From the NCBI GenBank assembly GCA_016748015.1, contig JAAOMT010000494.1, forward strand, positions 426,190 through 490,189: a stretch of DNA of 64,000 nucleotides, written 5' to 3'. Source of the DNA: Geosiphon pyriformis uo1. Taxonomy: Eukaryota; Fungi; Glomeromycota. The position numbers and the translations under genes were made by a program. Positions 22,601-34,852 of the stretch are shown one piece after another (within the stretch, counting starts at the first letter, position 1; every line of letters starts with the position of its first letter). The notes beneath the pieces are model-generated. The model searched no databases. It saw only the letters and a program-made list of their open reading frames with translations, and was not told where the DNA came from.

Positions 22601-24330
22601 TTGTGAGAATTCCATCCCAGTCATAAGGTTTAGGGATCATGGAAACCCAAGCTTTTTTTCACAAAACAGGCACATCCTCCACAGTCAAACATAAATTCAG
22701 CAAACCTAAAAAACACTTCAACATCATGTTATCACAGTGCTTCCACAACTCATTAGGAATACCAAACAAACTAGCAGCCTTGCCATCAGGTAAATTTTTA
22801 ATCATCAAAAGCAACTCACTCATATTAATCAAGCACATCACACCCGAAAAAACATTATCCCTTACATAATCCAATGGAGCATACTAACAAGTGCAGACAT
22901 TAAACACAGCCAAAGGCACCATCTTCTTCCTAGTCCAGCCTTCCATGATCTTATCAACACCAAGTTTCACCATACCCGGCTCCAATACCAATTCATCATT
23001 AACAACCAAATGATCGAGAACTATCTTGTGGAAAGGCTGATTCAATCATCGCACCCTTATCAGAACAAAATTTTTCCATGTGGCACTCAATGGTCTTCTG
23101 AACAGAAGCTTTCTTAGCCAACTTTGACTCATACATCTTGAATTTTCTGTATTCCTTTTGAAATAATGACAATTGCTTTAAGATATCTGAAGACTTGCCA
23201 CCAACTTGGATCATATTAGTAATCACAGCAGTCTTATCACCATCTAGTTTGGTTTAGACATTGATAAGCTGATTGACTCTTCGCAAATCATCCAATCCCA
23301 GCCCATTAACAACCTTAGCAACTAACAGTTCTAACCTAAAAAACTTAGATGAGAATTTGTTCCTGGAACACTGAAACTCATTAAACCAATGCCTCAAAAA
23401 TATCTTATCTGCTGAATTCACCAACATCTTTTCCAAAAGTACCCACATGCCATTCACATCAGCACAAGCCAGAGTTTCCAAAAACTCATCAGACACAGCC
23501 AAAAGCTTGGCAGAAATGCAGTCCCTAAACCGAGACCATTTGGTCCCATCAGCAGCCTTAATGAGAAACTTTCAGTGATTCTTGTTAGCCAGCTTGTACA
23601 AGCTATTCAACTAGCCATCCAAGAGGCCGCCCAAACCAACAGAGACAGAAACCACACAATGATCAGTGTCAAAAAAGTCAGAAACAGAGCTGACCTCATG
23701 GCCAGTAATGGCAGAAGCCAAACTTTCACTAACAAAAATAAAATCAATAGTCTTTTCAACCCCCTTAGAATTGCTCCATATAGAATTACTGACCAAAGAA
23801 TGGCCAGCAAACAAATTGACCAAACCCAACCCCAAACAGAATTTGAAATTCGCACTTCTTCTGAATCCATTTTCATTGAAATTTCCACCCAAAACAACAA
23901 AACAGCTGGAGTTAACAGCCTTAACAATGACAGAGTTCACTTCAGAAGCCTGACCAAAACAAGTCCCAAAAGATGCACCTACATACAAACCAATAACAGA
24001 CACCGAAAGCTTATTCTTGAATAAGAGACGCACTACCATGACATGACCAGGAATCTCCTCAATCTTAGCAACATAACAGGCCAAGAAGTCGGCCATAATA
24101 ATAGCCACTCCAGCACCAAGAAAACCCTTATCCAAACCCAAAGAGAAAATTCGCATACTGTCAAATTTATTCGCAATTCACAGCCTAGTTGAAGACCTTA
24201 ACTTTGTTTCAGTGATGATCAAAATCAAATTTCCAGAATCAAAATGCCAGTACATAACATTTTTTTGTTTAACAGGAATGTTGATGTCACGAACATTACA
24301 TGTAGCCATCTTCCAAACCAAGTTACTCAT
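19653..24330 (-). pseudogene. LINE copy 2 ORF2 (APE endonuclease-RT-RNase H-zinc finger)
   Basis: MSNLVWKMATCNVRDIN, ETKL, GGNFN, IDFIF, DTDH, QGEVFSPLLW, AFVNNT, AELQA, SDSQ, KVKGHS. Confidence 0.92.
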
Positions 24331-26192
24331 TGGGACAAAGAGGCAAAAAACAAATCCGAACCAGAACACAAGAGATCTAATTTCACCAAAATTGAACTGA
24401 ACGAAGCCTTCAGAGCAGACATCTTAGACTCCAAACCTCCCACCTTGGAAGTAAGGACTTTTGAACCACTTGAACTGAAAACAGTAGCAGACTCACCACT
24501 ACCAGAAAAAGGAAAATCAGCCAAAACCAACATATTATCCAGAGCTATATCTGAATCCACAACTGGAGCCGAAGGCACAGAAGCAGCCAAAAAAAGAGCA
24601 CAAAAAAGAGCTGCCAATGGCACCAGTTCAACAAAACTCAATTTTTTAAGAATAACAGAAACTTAATCTGAAAGAATCTCCAAAGAGTGCTCTAATACCA
24701 CCAAATAATCATTTAGACTAACAACCTAATGATTAGAGGAGCCCACAACGGGAGGCATGCCACCAGAAAACAGATCAGAACTGAAAGGAGAGCCACCAGA
24801 AAAAGAGACACTAGACACCACTTGAGCCTATGATTTGCCACCAAAGGCAGTAAGACAAGAGATGGGACCATTTTTTTTGACATACAATTTTGTCAACTGA
24901 AGACAATTCACACCAAGAGAAAGTCTTTTCAACAACTTAGAAGATATAAGAAGTAGAACATCAGAGGCATTGCACTTCAGGACCAAATGACCAAAATGCC
25001 CACACTTCTCACACCGAACCAAATCTAATCTAGCCCAAGAAAAACGAATGCCACCGAAAATAAGCTCAATGAAAAAAGCAAATTCCAACTCCTCAATAGA
25101 TTCAAAACCAACCACAGCACAACAAAATCTATTGCTGGTTTCCAATAAATGATTAATGATACAAGTTTTCCCTTCAGTCTTTTCCAAAAGGGTACCAAGA
25201 TCATGTGCAGTCATTTCCACTGGCAAAGTAAACAACAGTACCCTAAACCGATCTTTTGATGCCTAGATATTGCGATCTTCTGCAGCTTTGGCAACACATA
25301 CTGAATCTTTTCCGATTAAGAATGACCATTTTGATGCCAGCAGATCGGCTTGACTTGATTCAGCAAACTCCACTACAGTCTTTTGTCACATTCCAATTAA
25401 ATGAATTCTGATCGACTTAATTTCACCAAACTTGGCAACTGCAGCAACAATCATATCCTTAGGTGTGTTCATGGGAATTTTTTTGATCATCACAGCCCGA
25501 TCTGAACAAAGCCCTTGTTTCTTTACATTAGTGTTTATGATGATCTCTTTTTTTTCAGCCAATGATGCAGCTTTCCTCATGCTCTCCTCAGAAGTAAATG
25601 TTGATCAGATAATCTCTTCAAATTTTGAGGGGGTAGTGACCCCCCCAAAACCATTGATTTTTGAAAAAAATTTCCTGATTAAATAAGTTTTCGCTATTGC
25701 TGATTTGCCTTTAACAACTAAAAAATTGATATCCAAGGCAAAAGATTTTTTGACAGACACCTCTACCTGAGTTTTGATAATAATAGAATTGATTCATTTG
25801 CTATTAAAAGAGGCTTTTTTTATTGGAGGTGGAAGAGATTTCATCTCTTCATCTATGGTGAAGTTGGGGAAACTGAGAGGGAAGCCAAAATTCATGCCAG
25901 TACTTAATCTATTAGCCTTTGGAGTATTAACAGCTAAACCCAAAAGAGAGCCATCACTACCACCAGGTATATCAATGTCATTTTCATCATCAGATAAGCT
26001 TTCCACATCAGAAAAAGAACTAAAACCAGAACCAGACTTCAGAGAGATGTCCTGCTCATTGCCAAAATGTTTGACATTCCCAAGAATGACTTTCTTCTTT
26101 TGAGTAAAAGAGCCACCAGCAGGATCATGAAAAGCACCTTTAGGCACCTTTTTCTTTGACATACTGTCACTAGAAGCAGTCTTTGAATCCAT
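24327..26192 (-). pseudogene. LINE copy 2 ORF1 (nucleic-acid-binding protein with CCHC knuckle)
   Basis: MDSKTASSDSMSKKK...; CEKCGHFGHLVLKC; homologous to 43125-45017 throughout, broken by stops. Confidence 0.9.
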
Positions 26193-28189
26193 GATAAAAG
26201 AGTTATTAATTAAAAAAATGTTGATATAATACTAACAAGAAAAAAAACAAAAACTTCTTTTCCAGAAAATAACTCATTGGGGTTTTTTGGAGGTAAGAGA
26301 GAAAAAAAATCTTCTTAAGAATTAAACAATTTTTTTTATTAATAAAAACTTAACAGATAATTTGAAAAAAAAAAATAATAATATTTTGTAATTAATAAAC
26401 AAATAATTTAAACTTTAATATCTATAATAATAATAATAATATTTAAAGATTTTTTACTAAATATAATATCTATATAAAATATTAATTTTTACAATAACAA
26501 AATCTAACAACTTACAAAATACAAATATTATAATAATAAAGTATTAATAATAATAAAATTTAAAAAAACAGAAAATTAAATAAATATAATTACTAACTTA
26601 AAAAATCAAATCACTAATTTTAAAAACAATACAGCCAAATAAAAAATTAATTAATTTAATTTTAAAAATATTTTCTAAAATAATAATTTTTTTTTGATTA
26701 AACAAAAAAAAAATTCAAATATTGTTTTTTTTATCAACATAAACTAATTATTAAAAGCAATAGCAAAAAAAAAAGTCTTTAAAATTAACAATAATATATT
26801 ATTATAAATTAATAAATTTTAACTTAATTAAAGTAATAATACCAAAAACATTAAAACCATTTTTGATATTATTAAAAAATATATTAAGAGAAATATTATA
26901 AAATACAACAAAAATAGATAAAAAAAAACCAGAAGTCATCACAAAAATTTTTGCAATTTTAAACATAGTTAAAAAAACCATTAATAGTAATATTAATAGC
27001 AACAATTAAGAAAAATTCAAAAATAAAGTCTATATAAAACAATTTAATATTGTTTTTTAAAATAAATTTAAGTCTAATAAAGCCAGACAACAAATAAAAC
27101 AAAAAAATTATTAAGATTAATTTGATTTTAAAAATAGTATTAAACACTAAAATAGAAACTATTTATTTAGAGAATTTTTAATAATTAAAAATAGTTTTTT
27201 AGATATTATTAAAAACAATACCAAAAAACAAAAAAAAATTAATTTAATTTTTATTTAATCAGTTTAATTTTTAAAATTAAGTAATTTAATAAGTTGTTTT
27301 GTTTTTAAAACTGACAATAATTTGCCAAAAAACATTATATTTGGTAATATAATTAATAATTAATTTTGGCTTATCTTAAAAAATATAGTATTATTATTGT
27401 TATTTACATTAAAAAAACTGGTTAATATTAAAAAAATCTTATTTAAAATTTTATTTAGAACCACAAAAAAACTTAGTATAACAATAATAAATATAAACAA
27501 CTGTTGTTGTTTTTTGAAGTTTTTGGTCTTTTTGGCCATTTGTAAAAAAATATTATTATTATTAAAAATAAAGACAAAAAAAATTAATTTGTTAATTGGT
27601 TTATTATTAAAGACTTTAAACTTTTAAAAAAACTAGAAATAATATTAAAATTAATCTAAGTGTGTTTTTTAGAAAAAACTTTAACTAAAAAAAAATCATT
27701 AGTTAAAGATAAAAAAATACTTTAAAAGCTGTTAAAAACAACTTTTACTATTTTTAGTTAAAGAAAACATTGTTAAGATATTTTGTTTAACTGTTTTAAT
27801 AACAAAAGAATTCTTTTTAATTGAAACTTTATTAGTTATTATAAGAAAAGTAATGCCTAAAACTTTTTTACTCTTTGCTCTGATTATGATCATAAAATTA
27901 AAAAAAAAGAAAGAGTTTTTTTTTATAAGTATTTAAATTTAAAAATATAATTACTATAATTTAAAATTTTATATTTATTTTATGAATTTTATTACTTAAT
28001 TTTTAATCAAATCAAAACATTTTTTTATTATTTGACCAGTTTAATTATTAACAAAAAAAAATGCAATTTAAATTTTAATTATACAATCATAATTGGATTT
28101 TAATAATATGATAAATAAGTTTTTTGTGTGTAATGGTTTTTTTACAAACTTAATTAGAAAATATTCATTTGGTGCGGGAATTTGTGAAG

Positions 28190-28195
28190 CACGTG
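28190..28195. promoter_or_regulatory. E-box CACGTG (TCACGTG on minus strand), candidate Cbf1-type site upstream of the Bin3 gene
   Basis: Exact motif ~72 bp before the ATG; motif match only. Confidence 0.35.
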
Positions 28196-28266
28196 AACAT
28201 TTGGAATCAAACATCAAGATGCTTTTCTATTTAGGCTGTCGCACAAATAGTTGGACTTTAAGCTAA

Positions 28267-29890
28267 ATGGAAGAAACAGTTACTTCAGAAACTTCCCTGG
28301 ATGCTGCCTTACCAGAATCGTCTACCGTTTTGGGTAAAAAATCAGTTCAAGAAAACAAAGCACTCCAAACTCAAGATCTTAATCCCTATTTAAAATGGAC
28401 CAGTAAACGTGGCTCTTTAGCCTCACGTCGAGCAGACCTGAATGCGTTTTATAGCAAAGCAAGCGGCATCCTTGGAGTTGGCAATCATAAACGTAAACAA
28501 GTGAAAATGAATCTTGTAAAATCTCTACGCATTGGACCTCCGGATTCTCGAACATACCCTGTGATAAAAAAGAAAACATCCGAGGATTATGTCCTTTCCA
28601 AATGCTTGCTTTATGGAAATTATCCCAACTATTACAATCGCCGAAGTAAAATTAAACCTGAGAATGATCCTCGACTGGGTCTCATAGAAAAAGCTTGGCT
28701 TGAAAATCGATTTGTACTAGATGTTGGATGCAATTCCGGCGAGTTTACAATAGAGCTCGGTATTTAACGTGCTAGCATAATTAGTTTTGCCGCTTGAATT
28801 GACTGTGCTTTTTCTACATTGACGTCAATATTTATTCTTTTATTGGCAAAGCAATTCGTTTCTCACCGAGCAAAATCTTTGGAATTGACATAGATGAATC
28901 CTTGATACAGAAAGCTCATCGCAATGTTCAAAACAAATATTCTCCAACGGTGAACACTCCTGAATTCTTTGACAACTGCTCTGATTCTCCTAGCACCAGC
29001 GTGAATCATTCTAATTTTGATGCAAATGATGATTGGGGCTCGACCAGTAACTCCACTCCGATAACTCATGTAGAAAGCGAAACTGAAGATCACACAGTAC
29101 AAAAAAGCAACGTCGTCTCGAAAAAATATATTGATAAAAATAATCAGGATATATTCAACCAAACTTATGATAGAGCCCGAGATGTAAATGGGATGATTCC
29201 AGTTCTATGTGATGTGAAAACGGACCAGGGCGGTAAATTCCCTCGCAATATTAACTTCCGATGTTGTGATTGGATGAAAGAGAAAGTAGAGTTTGAGAAA
29301 TATGACACTATTCTAGCGTAAGTTTGTGCTTTGATTTTTCTGTATGCCGCTATTGACTTGCTAAGCCCCAACTCATCATCTACAATTATGACCCTTATGT
29401 AATTGCATTAGACTCAGCATAACGAAATGGATTCATTTAAACTGGGGAGACTCGGGAATTAAAAGTTTCTTCCATAAAGTATACAACTTTTTGAAACCGG
29501 GGGGTTTTTTTGTCTTAGAACCACAAGAATTTGATACTTATCGGAAATACAAGAATCTTTCAGAGGTAACTCTTAACTTCCTAGTATCGTTTTAAGTTGG
29601 TTTCCCGCTTCTTTTTATATATCAATTTAATATCATACTACATTTATGGAAATTTGCCAAGATCCATCTTTCAAATTTCAATGCAATAAAGTTTAAACCA
29701 GCCGACTTTGAAGAGTTTTTATTAAACGAAGTTGGTTTCTCGTCATTTCGGAAATTATCAAACGAAGAACCTTTCGCTAATAAAGGTTCTTGAATATGTA
29801 CTGCTATTTTATATCCCTGATTGTCATTTCAAATTCCTCTTGACCGATTTTTTAGGTTACAGACGGAAAATAATTTTGTATATTAAATGA
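28267..29890 (+). CDS. BIN3: Bin3/MePCE (Bmc1-like) RNA 5'-methylphosphate capping methyltransferase; exons 28267-28759, 28852-29317, 29412-29565, 29662-29785, 29856-29890
   Basis: [55 protein letters not shown] and GYRRKIILY. All four GT-AG introns preserve frame. Confidence 0.95.
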
Positions 29891-30674
29891 AAAGCTGAAG
29901 GAATTTTTCAACCTTGTGGCTTTTTCGAGGCTTACTCCTTTCGTGATAATTCAACAATTACAGCCAACTTGATTAGATAACAAAACTTAACCCTTCTGAA
30001 TCAAAACCAATACCAAAACAATTGTGTTGTTTGATTCTTTTACGTCTGATCTTTCAAATTTTCAAACCATCAAACTTGTCGGAGAATTGATTCCGAGCAA
30101 AAGGTGAAAATTATATGGTTTGGAGCTTTCATAATTACAAAGGTTGTGACAAAGCGACTAATATATTCTTCTTTGTGCCAATCAGGTCCAATTGAAGCCA
30201 ACCAAAATACGGAATTAGAGATTAATAAGATTTGGGATGCGGTATCAATCATATGTTCTTTTGCTCGAGTTGCAGCTCCCGATGGCTCGTCATTTTGTTG
30301 TTGACTTTAAAGCTTGTCAGCTCACCACTCGGAGCTTTCACTGTTTGACTAGCCCTTCTATCCTATCCTTGATATTACTTATTTGGGGAACCTTTTGAAG
30401 ATACTAAAAAATTTTACAAAAAGACTGCACAAAAATTGTGTCCTATAATGTGGCTGCTGAATGCCCTTAATATAGGTGATGCGATATTTGTCTAATAAAA
30501 GAACCAAAGTTCTTGATTAATAAGTCGAAATTGCATGCAAAGGAGAATCAACTGAAAAAACCTAGAAAGACGGAAAGAAATCAGTATGTTCGTGATGTGT
30601 AAATAGATTAAAAGCAATCGCGTCCACCGCCAAATGGTAATGTCAGGTATACAGATCTGAATTGATCCAAGTTG

Positions 30675-31698
30675 TTAATCGGCGTTTTTAAACCTCAAAT
30701 GATTTTCGTAAAAATGAATAATCTACCAAAGTATCAATAAGTATTTGAAAATTATAAATCAAACCAAAGGGAACCTCAAGCATCTTACTTTTTGCGGGCA
30801 ACGAATATTTGCTTCTGTTGCGGGATGGACTGTTCTGTGTCCGTCTTTCCTGAGAATCGAAATAAAATAAATATCACTCAAGTTTGCGATGAAAGAGGTG
30901 GGGACAAATAAAATCACCAGTTGACATAGATCAATAATTCTCCATCTTTTGTGTCACGTTCAACGGTTTCTACTTCTGCGACGTGTTCTTCCCAACTTGT
31001 CCATTCTGGCGGGGGGTACTCTTCTTCGGAAGCAACACTTTCCTCCCGAATTTCGTCCGTTATTCTAAGTTTTTTGAGCGATTGAACTGTTCGTACTGGT
31101 GGTACATAGCCTTTTGTTGACGCAGACTTTTGGGCTTTTTTGGTATCGGGATTTTGTTGACGCCAATAAGCTTCGATTAAATCTGTTGCATATCTAAATA
31201 AAGATATCCGAAATGAAACAAGAAGTTTTCCATATGTAGATAATTCATATTGCCTCCTATTGCGAGGAATTGAAAATATAAAGGATAAAAACTTACACAT
31301 TTTCTTCTTTTTCCCAGGTATTCTCGGACTGTGGATAACCTTTCCATTTGAGGAAATAGTGAATAACACCCTATATAATGGTATGAGAAGAGGAACCGTA
31401 AAAATAAAGATATTGCACGGATTTTTTTGCCGACAGTATTTTGAATAAGGAAATAGATCAAGGTCAAAAATTATTTTAAATTATATTGAAAAATCCCATA
31501 TATAACTTGAACTTTTTAACTGACCGACTTTGTCTTTTTATGCCTTATAATTTTTTCTACCACATATTCGTTATCATCGCTACCTTCAACTTCTAACTGT
31601 TCGCCAGAGTCTGTAGCGGCACCGATATTTTCTTCGTCAAGCTCGTCCACTTCCATAGGGTCTTTCCCTCTGTTTTCAACCTCGGCAACCATTCTCAA
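30675..31698 (-). CDS. swi6: HP1/Swi6-family heterochromatin protein (chromodomain plus chromoshadow); exons 31698-31525, 31370-31297, 31193-30918, 30849-30789, 30722-30675
   Basis: Acidic N-terminus; EYVVEKI...YFLKWKGYPQSENTWE (aromatic cage intact); shadow domain SWEEHVAEVETV...IYVNWKDG...ANIRCPQKIIHFYENHLRF. Start could be the ATG two codons downstream. Confidence 0.93.
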
Positions 31699-31761
31699 CT
31701 TTTTCGGTGTAGACAGCTTGACTGTTTTTCCGGTAAAAATTTTTTAATCAAAAGTTTGGAC

Positions 31762-31772
31762 ACGCGACGCGT
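31762..31772. promoter_or_regulatory. Overlapping MCB-like elements ACGCGACGCGT upstream of the HP1 gene
   Basis: ACGCGA plus ACGCGT ~65 bp upstream of the start; another GCGCGT at ~32024. Motif match only. Confidence 0.45.
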
Positions 31773-32429
31773 GTATTTCGGAATGAGATTCAAAAAAGTT
31801 GTAAGTTCGAAGTCTCGAAGAGCTTCAGAGGTCCAGAGTTGTATTAAAATTAACAAATAGGTTTAGAAGCTTTTGGATGAGGATTGAGACCTTAAGAGGA
31901 TGCGGAGAAGTTGTTTCGTTAAAATCTAAACGCTCAAAAAATCTCCTTATAACAACTTGAAATGGCAATTGAAACCAAACACGTTATAATCAGTTTAGAA
32001 ATAACTTGTGCAGTTTAACAAAGCGCGTCCAAAGTGTGCTCAAGCGTTCACCTATTCCCAACTTTCAGGAAACGTCATCGATATTTTAAATAAATAAATT
32101 TAACCTATAATTATAAGTGAATCTTAAAAATTATATATGATCAAAAATTTAAAAATTTAAAAAAATTATAACAAAAATAACACTAATAATATTTAAAACT
32201 TTAAAAACATAAAATAAATTTGTTTTAATTAAGTTTTTTATTTTATTAATAAATTGTATAATTTAATAATACTTTTGTTATTTATAAAAAATTAGTATTA
32301 ATTTTATCAAAATAGTTTAAATAATTGTGTATTAAATTTTTTATAAATAAACAAGTTTTTATTTTTACATTTTATTAAAAATTAAAATAGAGTAATAAAT
32401 TTTATTTTTATTTAATTATAAAATAAATT

Positions 32430-32490
32430 GGTTTATTATTTTATTTATTATTATTATTATTATTTTATTTATTATTATTATTATTTTATT

Positions 32491-32541
<51 letters not shown>
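32430..32541. repeat. (TTA)n microsatellite in very AT-rich spacer
   Basis: Imperfect then perfect TTA runs. Confidence 0.9.
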
Positions 32542-33799
32542 TAATCAAAATTAATACCATTTTTCAAGATAGTAATTTTTATTTAATAAAATAATTGTTT
32601 TTTGATATTAATTGAGTTTTTTATTATTATTATTTTTATATTAAATATATATTTTTACATAATATTTATATTTTATAAATTTAATATGATAACTTTTTTA
32701 ATAATTGTATTTTGGTTTTTATTTAAATAAAATAGAAAAATAATTTTTTTAAAATTGTTTATAAATATTAACTTTAAAATTTATTTTATTTTATTTTATT
32801 TTATTTTATTATATTTGCATTTCAATTAATAATTTAATTTAACTTTTTTATTTTATTTTATTTTTAATCTATATTTGTTATATTACATTTTAAAATATTT
32901 TCAAATTATAAATAATAAATAAAAATTTATCATTCCCATTAATAATGTAAATTTTATATTCCATATACTACAAATAATAATTTATAATAAAAATAAATTA
33001 TAAAAATCAGTTTTTTTTTGGCATACTATTATTTTTTTAAAAGTGTGATCTTTATCTAATAGAACTAGAATCGTAAAACAATGCTAAAAAAAACTCATGA
33101 TCAGGAAAAATATGATCCCGTTAAAACAAAGACAATTATGGTAACAATTGTTCGCGCAATAATTATTTTTAAAATTTTGTAGTGACACAATTCTTACTTG
33201 GCACACCACAAAAAGAACGTGCGTGAAGTAGCATAGGTCCCTCGTTTAATAATGGTTGATCCAATCTAACTTTACCCTGCACAAGCAAGGAAGAATTTCG
33301 TGTGGTGTGAGAATTTTCCTTAGACTCCGTATTTCCTAAGTTTTATATTTTGAGATCAGATGACAATCAGAAAAACCTTTAACAAAACATGCTCCCAGAA
33401 CTTATATCAGTAAATCTGCTGTATCCTACCAAATCTGTATAATTCACGGCTTTTTTTTACGCCTTCAAATCATCGTCACCTGAAAATCAACATATCCTAA
33501 GGTAACACAATGTATAGTATATGGTATAGTACGTCATCTATATGTCACAGGATGGTCACAAGATAAAAAACCCACTGATCTATTTTCCAAGTTTGAGTCT
33601 CGCCCCTCGTCTCCTTTTTTCACAGGAGCATCACTACAAAATACTGTGACCGTTTTCCAGTTCACCTGACTCTAAAAAAAACACCTCAACATTTCATTCA
33701 CCACCTTTCCTCATACTTTATATTACCTAAGAAACCTCGCGTTCGTCTTTTTCACCTCCTTGATCAAAGTTCAACAATCTTTAATACTTTTAACATATT

Positions 33800-34852
33800 A
33801 TGTCACAAGAAGACACTGCAATCTTGAATTTGGTAAGTTATGTCTCATCCCTTTCTTTCAATGTTGGGAAAACTTCTATTGTTGTTAAACAAACTGTGCC
33901 AAAATTTATACTTGAGGTTTATTACCTTTTAATCTTCTCTTGACTAACTTTGAGGAGTTTGTTTCTGTTTACCTTTTTATTTAAACTTGATTCATAGGGG
34001 CCCTTCAAAGAAAATGCCCCAAATAATCAACAAGGAAATATTCCAAAAGATGATACTAGCATTCAACCTTTGCAACCTACTCTTATTCCGGCTCAAACAC
34101 CTTCTCAGAATATTGCAATTCCACCTAGGTATTTTTAAACAAAAAACTTGACCATAGAAATTTAAAGAGATAAAATCATTGGTCAATTGAATTGATTCTA
34201 CTTTCTATCTCCGAAAATTTAAAGTACGAGTGGACAGCAGCCTGGCGTGCAAATTCTTTCTGCTTCACACCTTACCCCCACCAACACACCATTACAACCA
34301 AAACAAGAGCCGGTGGTAATTCATCCTGCACCCTTACCTATTCAACCTGCTCCACCGATGACTCCTCAACATTCAGTTGTGCAACCACAAAGTCCACAAG
34401 TAACACAACAACTTCAACATACACCTCAGCATACACCTCAACACACACCTTTAAGATCAAATTCAACATCAACGACACCCCAAACTACTCCCTCTGGTAA
34501 ACCTGTAGTCGGTAGCGAAGAATGGCATCGACAACGTCGTGAGAATCACAAAGAAGTTGAACGTCGTCGTCGAGATACTATAAACGCTGGAATTAATGAA
34601 TTGGCCAAAATCGTTCCCGGCTGTGAAAAAAATAAAGGGAGTATTCTCAATCGTGCGGTTCAATACATTCAACAATTGAAGGAGAATGAAGCGGCTAATA
34701 TTGAAAAGTGGACATTGGAGAAACTGTTAACAGATCAAGCCATTCAAGATCTGCAGGGTCAGCTTGATATGTACAAAACTGACAACAATCGTCTCAAGGC
34801 TGAATTGGAGGAATTACAACAACCATTGAAAAAGAAACAGCGAACTGAATAA
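33800..34852 (+). CDS. CBF1: Cbf1-type bHLH-zipper transcription factor; exons 33800-33832, 33998-34128, 34225-34852
   Basis: EEWHRQRRENHKEVERRRRDTIN...KGSILNRAVQYIQQLKENEAANIEKWTLEKLL is the fungal Cbf1 signature. GTAAGT..TAG and GTATTT..AAG introns keep frame. Confidence 0.93.

Larger units (their letters stand above)
19514..26310 (-). mobile_element. Full-length LINE copy 2 (~6.8 kb), decayed
   Basis: 5' UTR homologous to 45018-45135; ORF1 and ORF2 (APE, RT, RNase H, zinc finger); 3' UTR and polyA at the left end. Ends approximate. Confidence 0.93.

Noticed and set aside
20181-24666. Many long ORFs antisense to LINE ORFs (also 38381-43641)
   Set aside because: Shadow frames of T/G-rich LINE coding sequence; no motifs and no sign of independent conservation.
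26400-28100. AT-rich ORFs rich in I/L/F/K/N (also 19116-19442, 48588-48791)
   Set aside because: Compositional artefacts of eroded DNA. Faint LINE ORF1 resemblance is too weak to annotate.
30070-30400. Short ORFs and CpG-containing DNA between Bin3 and HP1
   Set aside because: No recognisable protein or convincing exon chain; probably UTR or intergenic, although a small gene or ncRNA cannot be excluded.
30590-30662. Possible C/D snoRNA (GTGATGT...CTGA)
   Set aside because: Imperfect C box, no clear guide or terminal stem; lies antisense to the HP1 3' UTR.
28185-33100. Point-centromere idea (CDEI-like motif plus AT-rich DNA near CBF1)
   Set aside because: Point centromeres of that type are specific to budding yeasts; no CDEIII motif, and the AT tracts look like TE relics.
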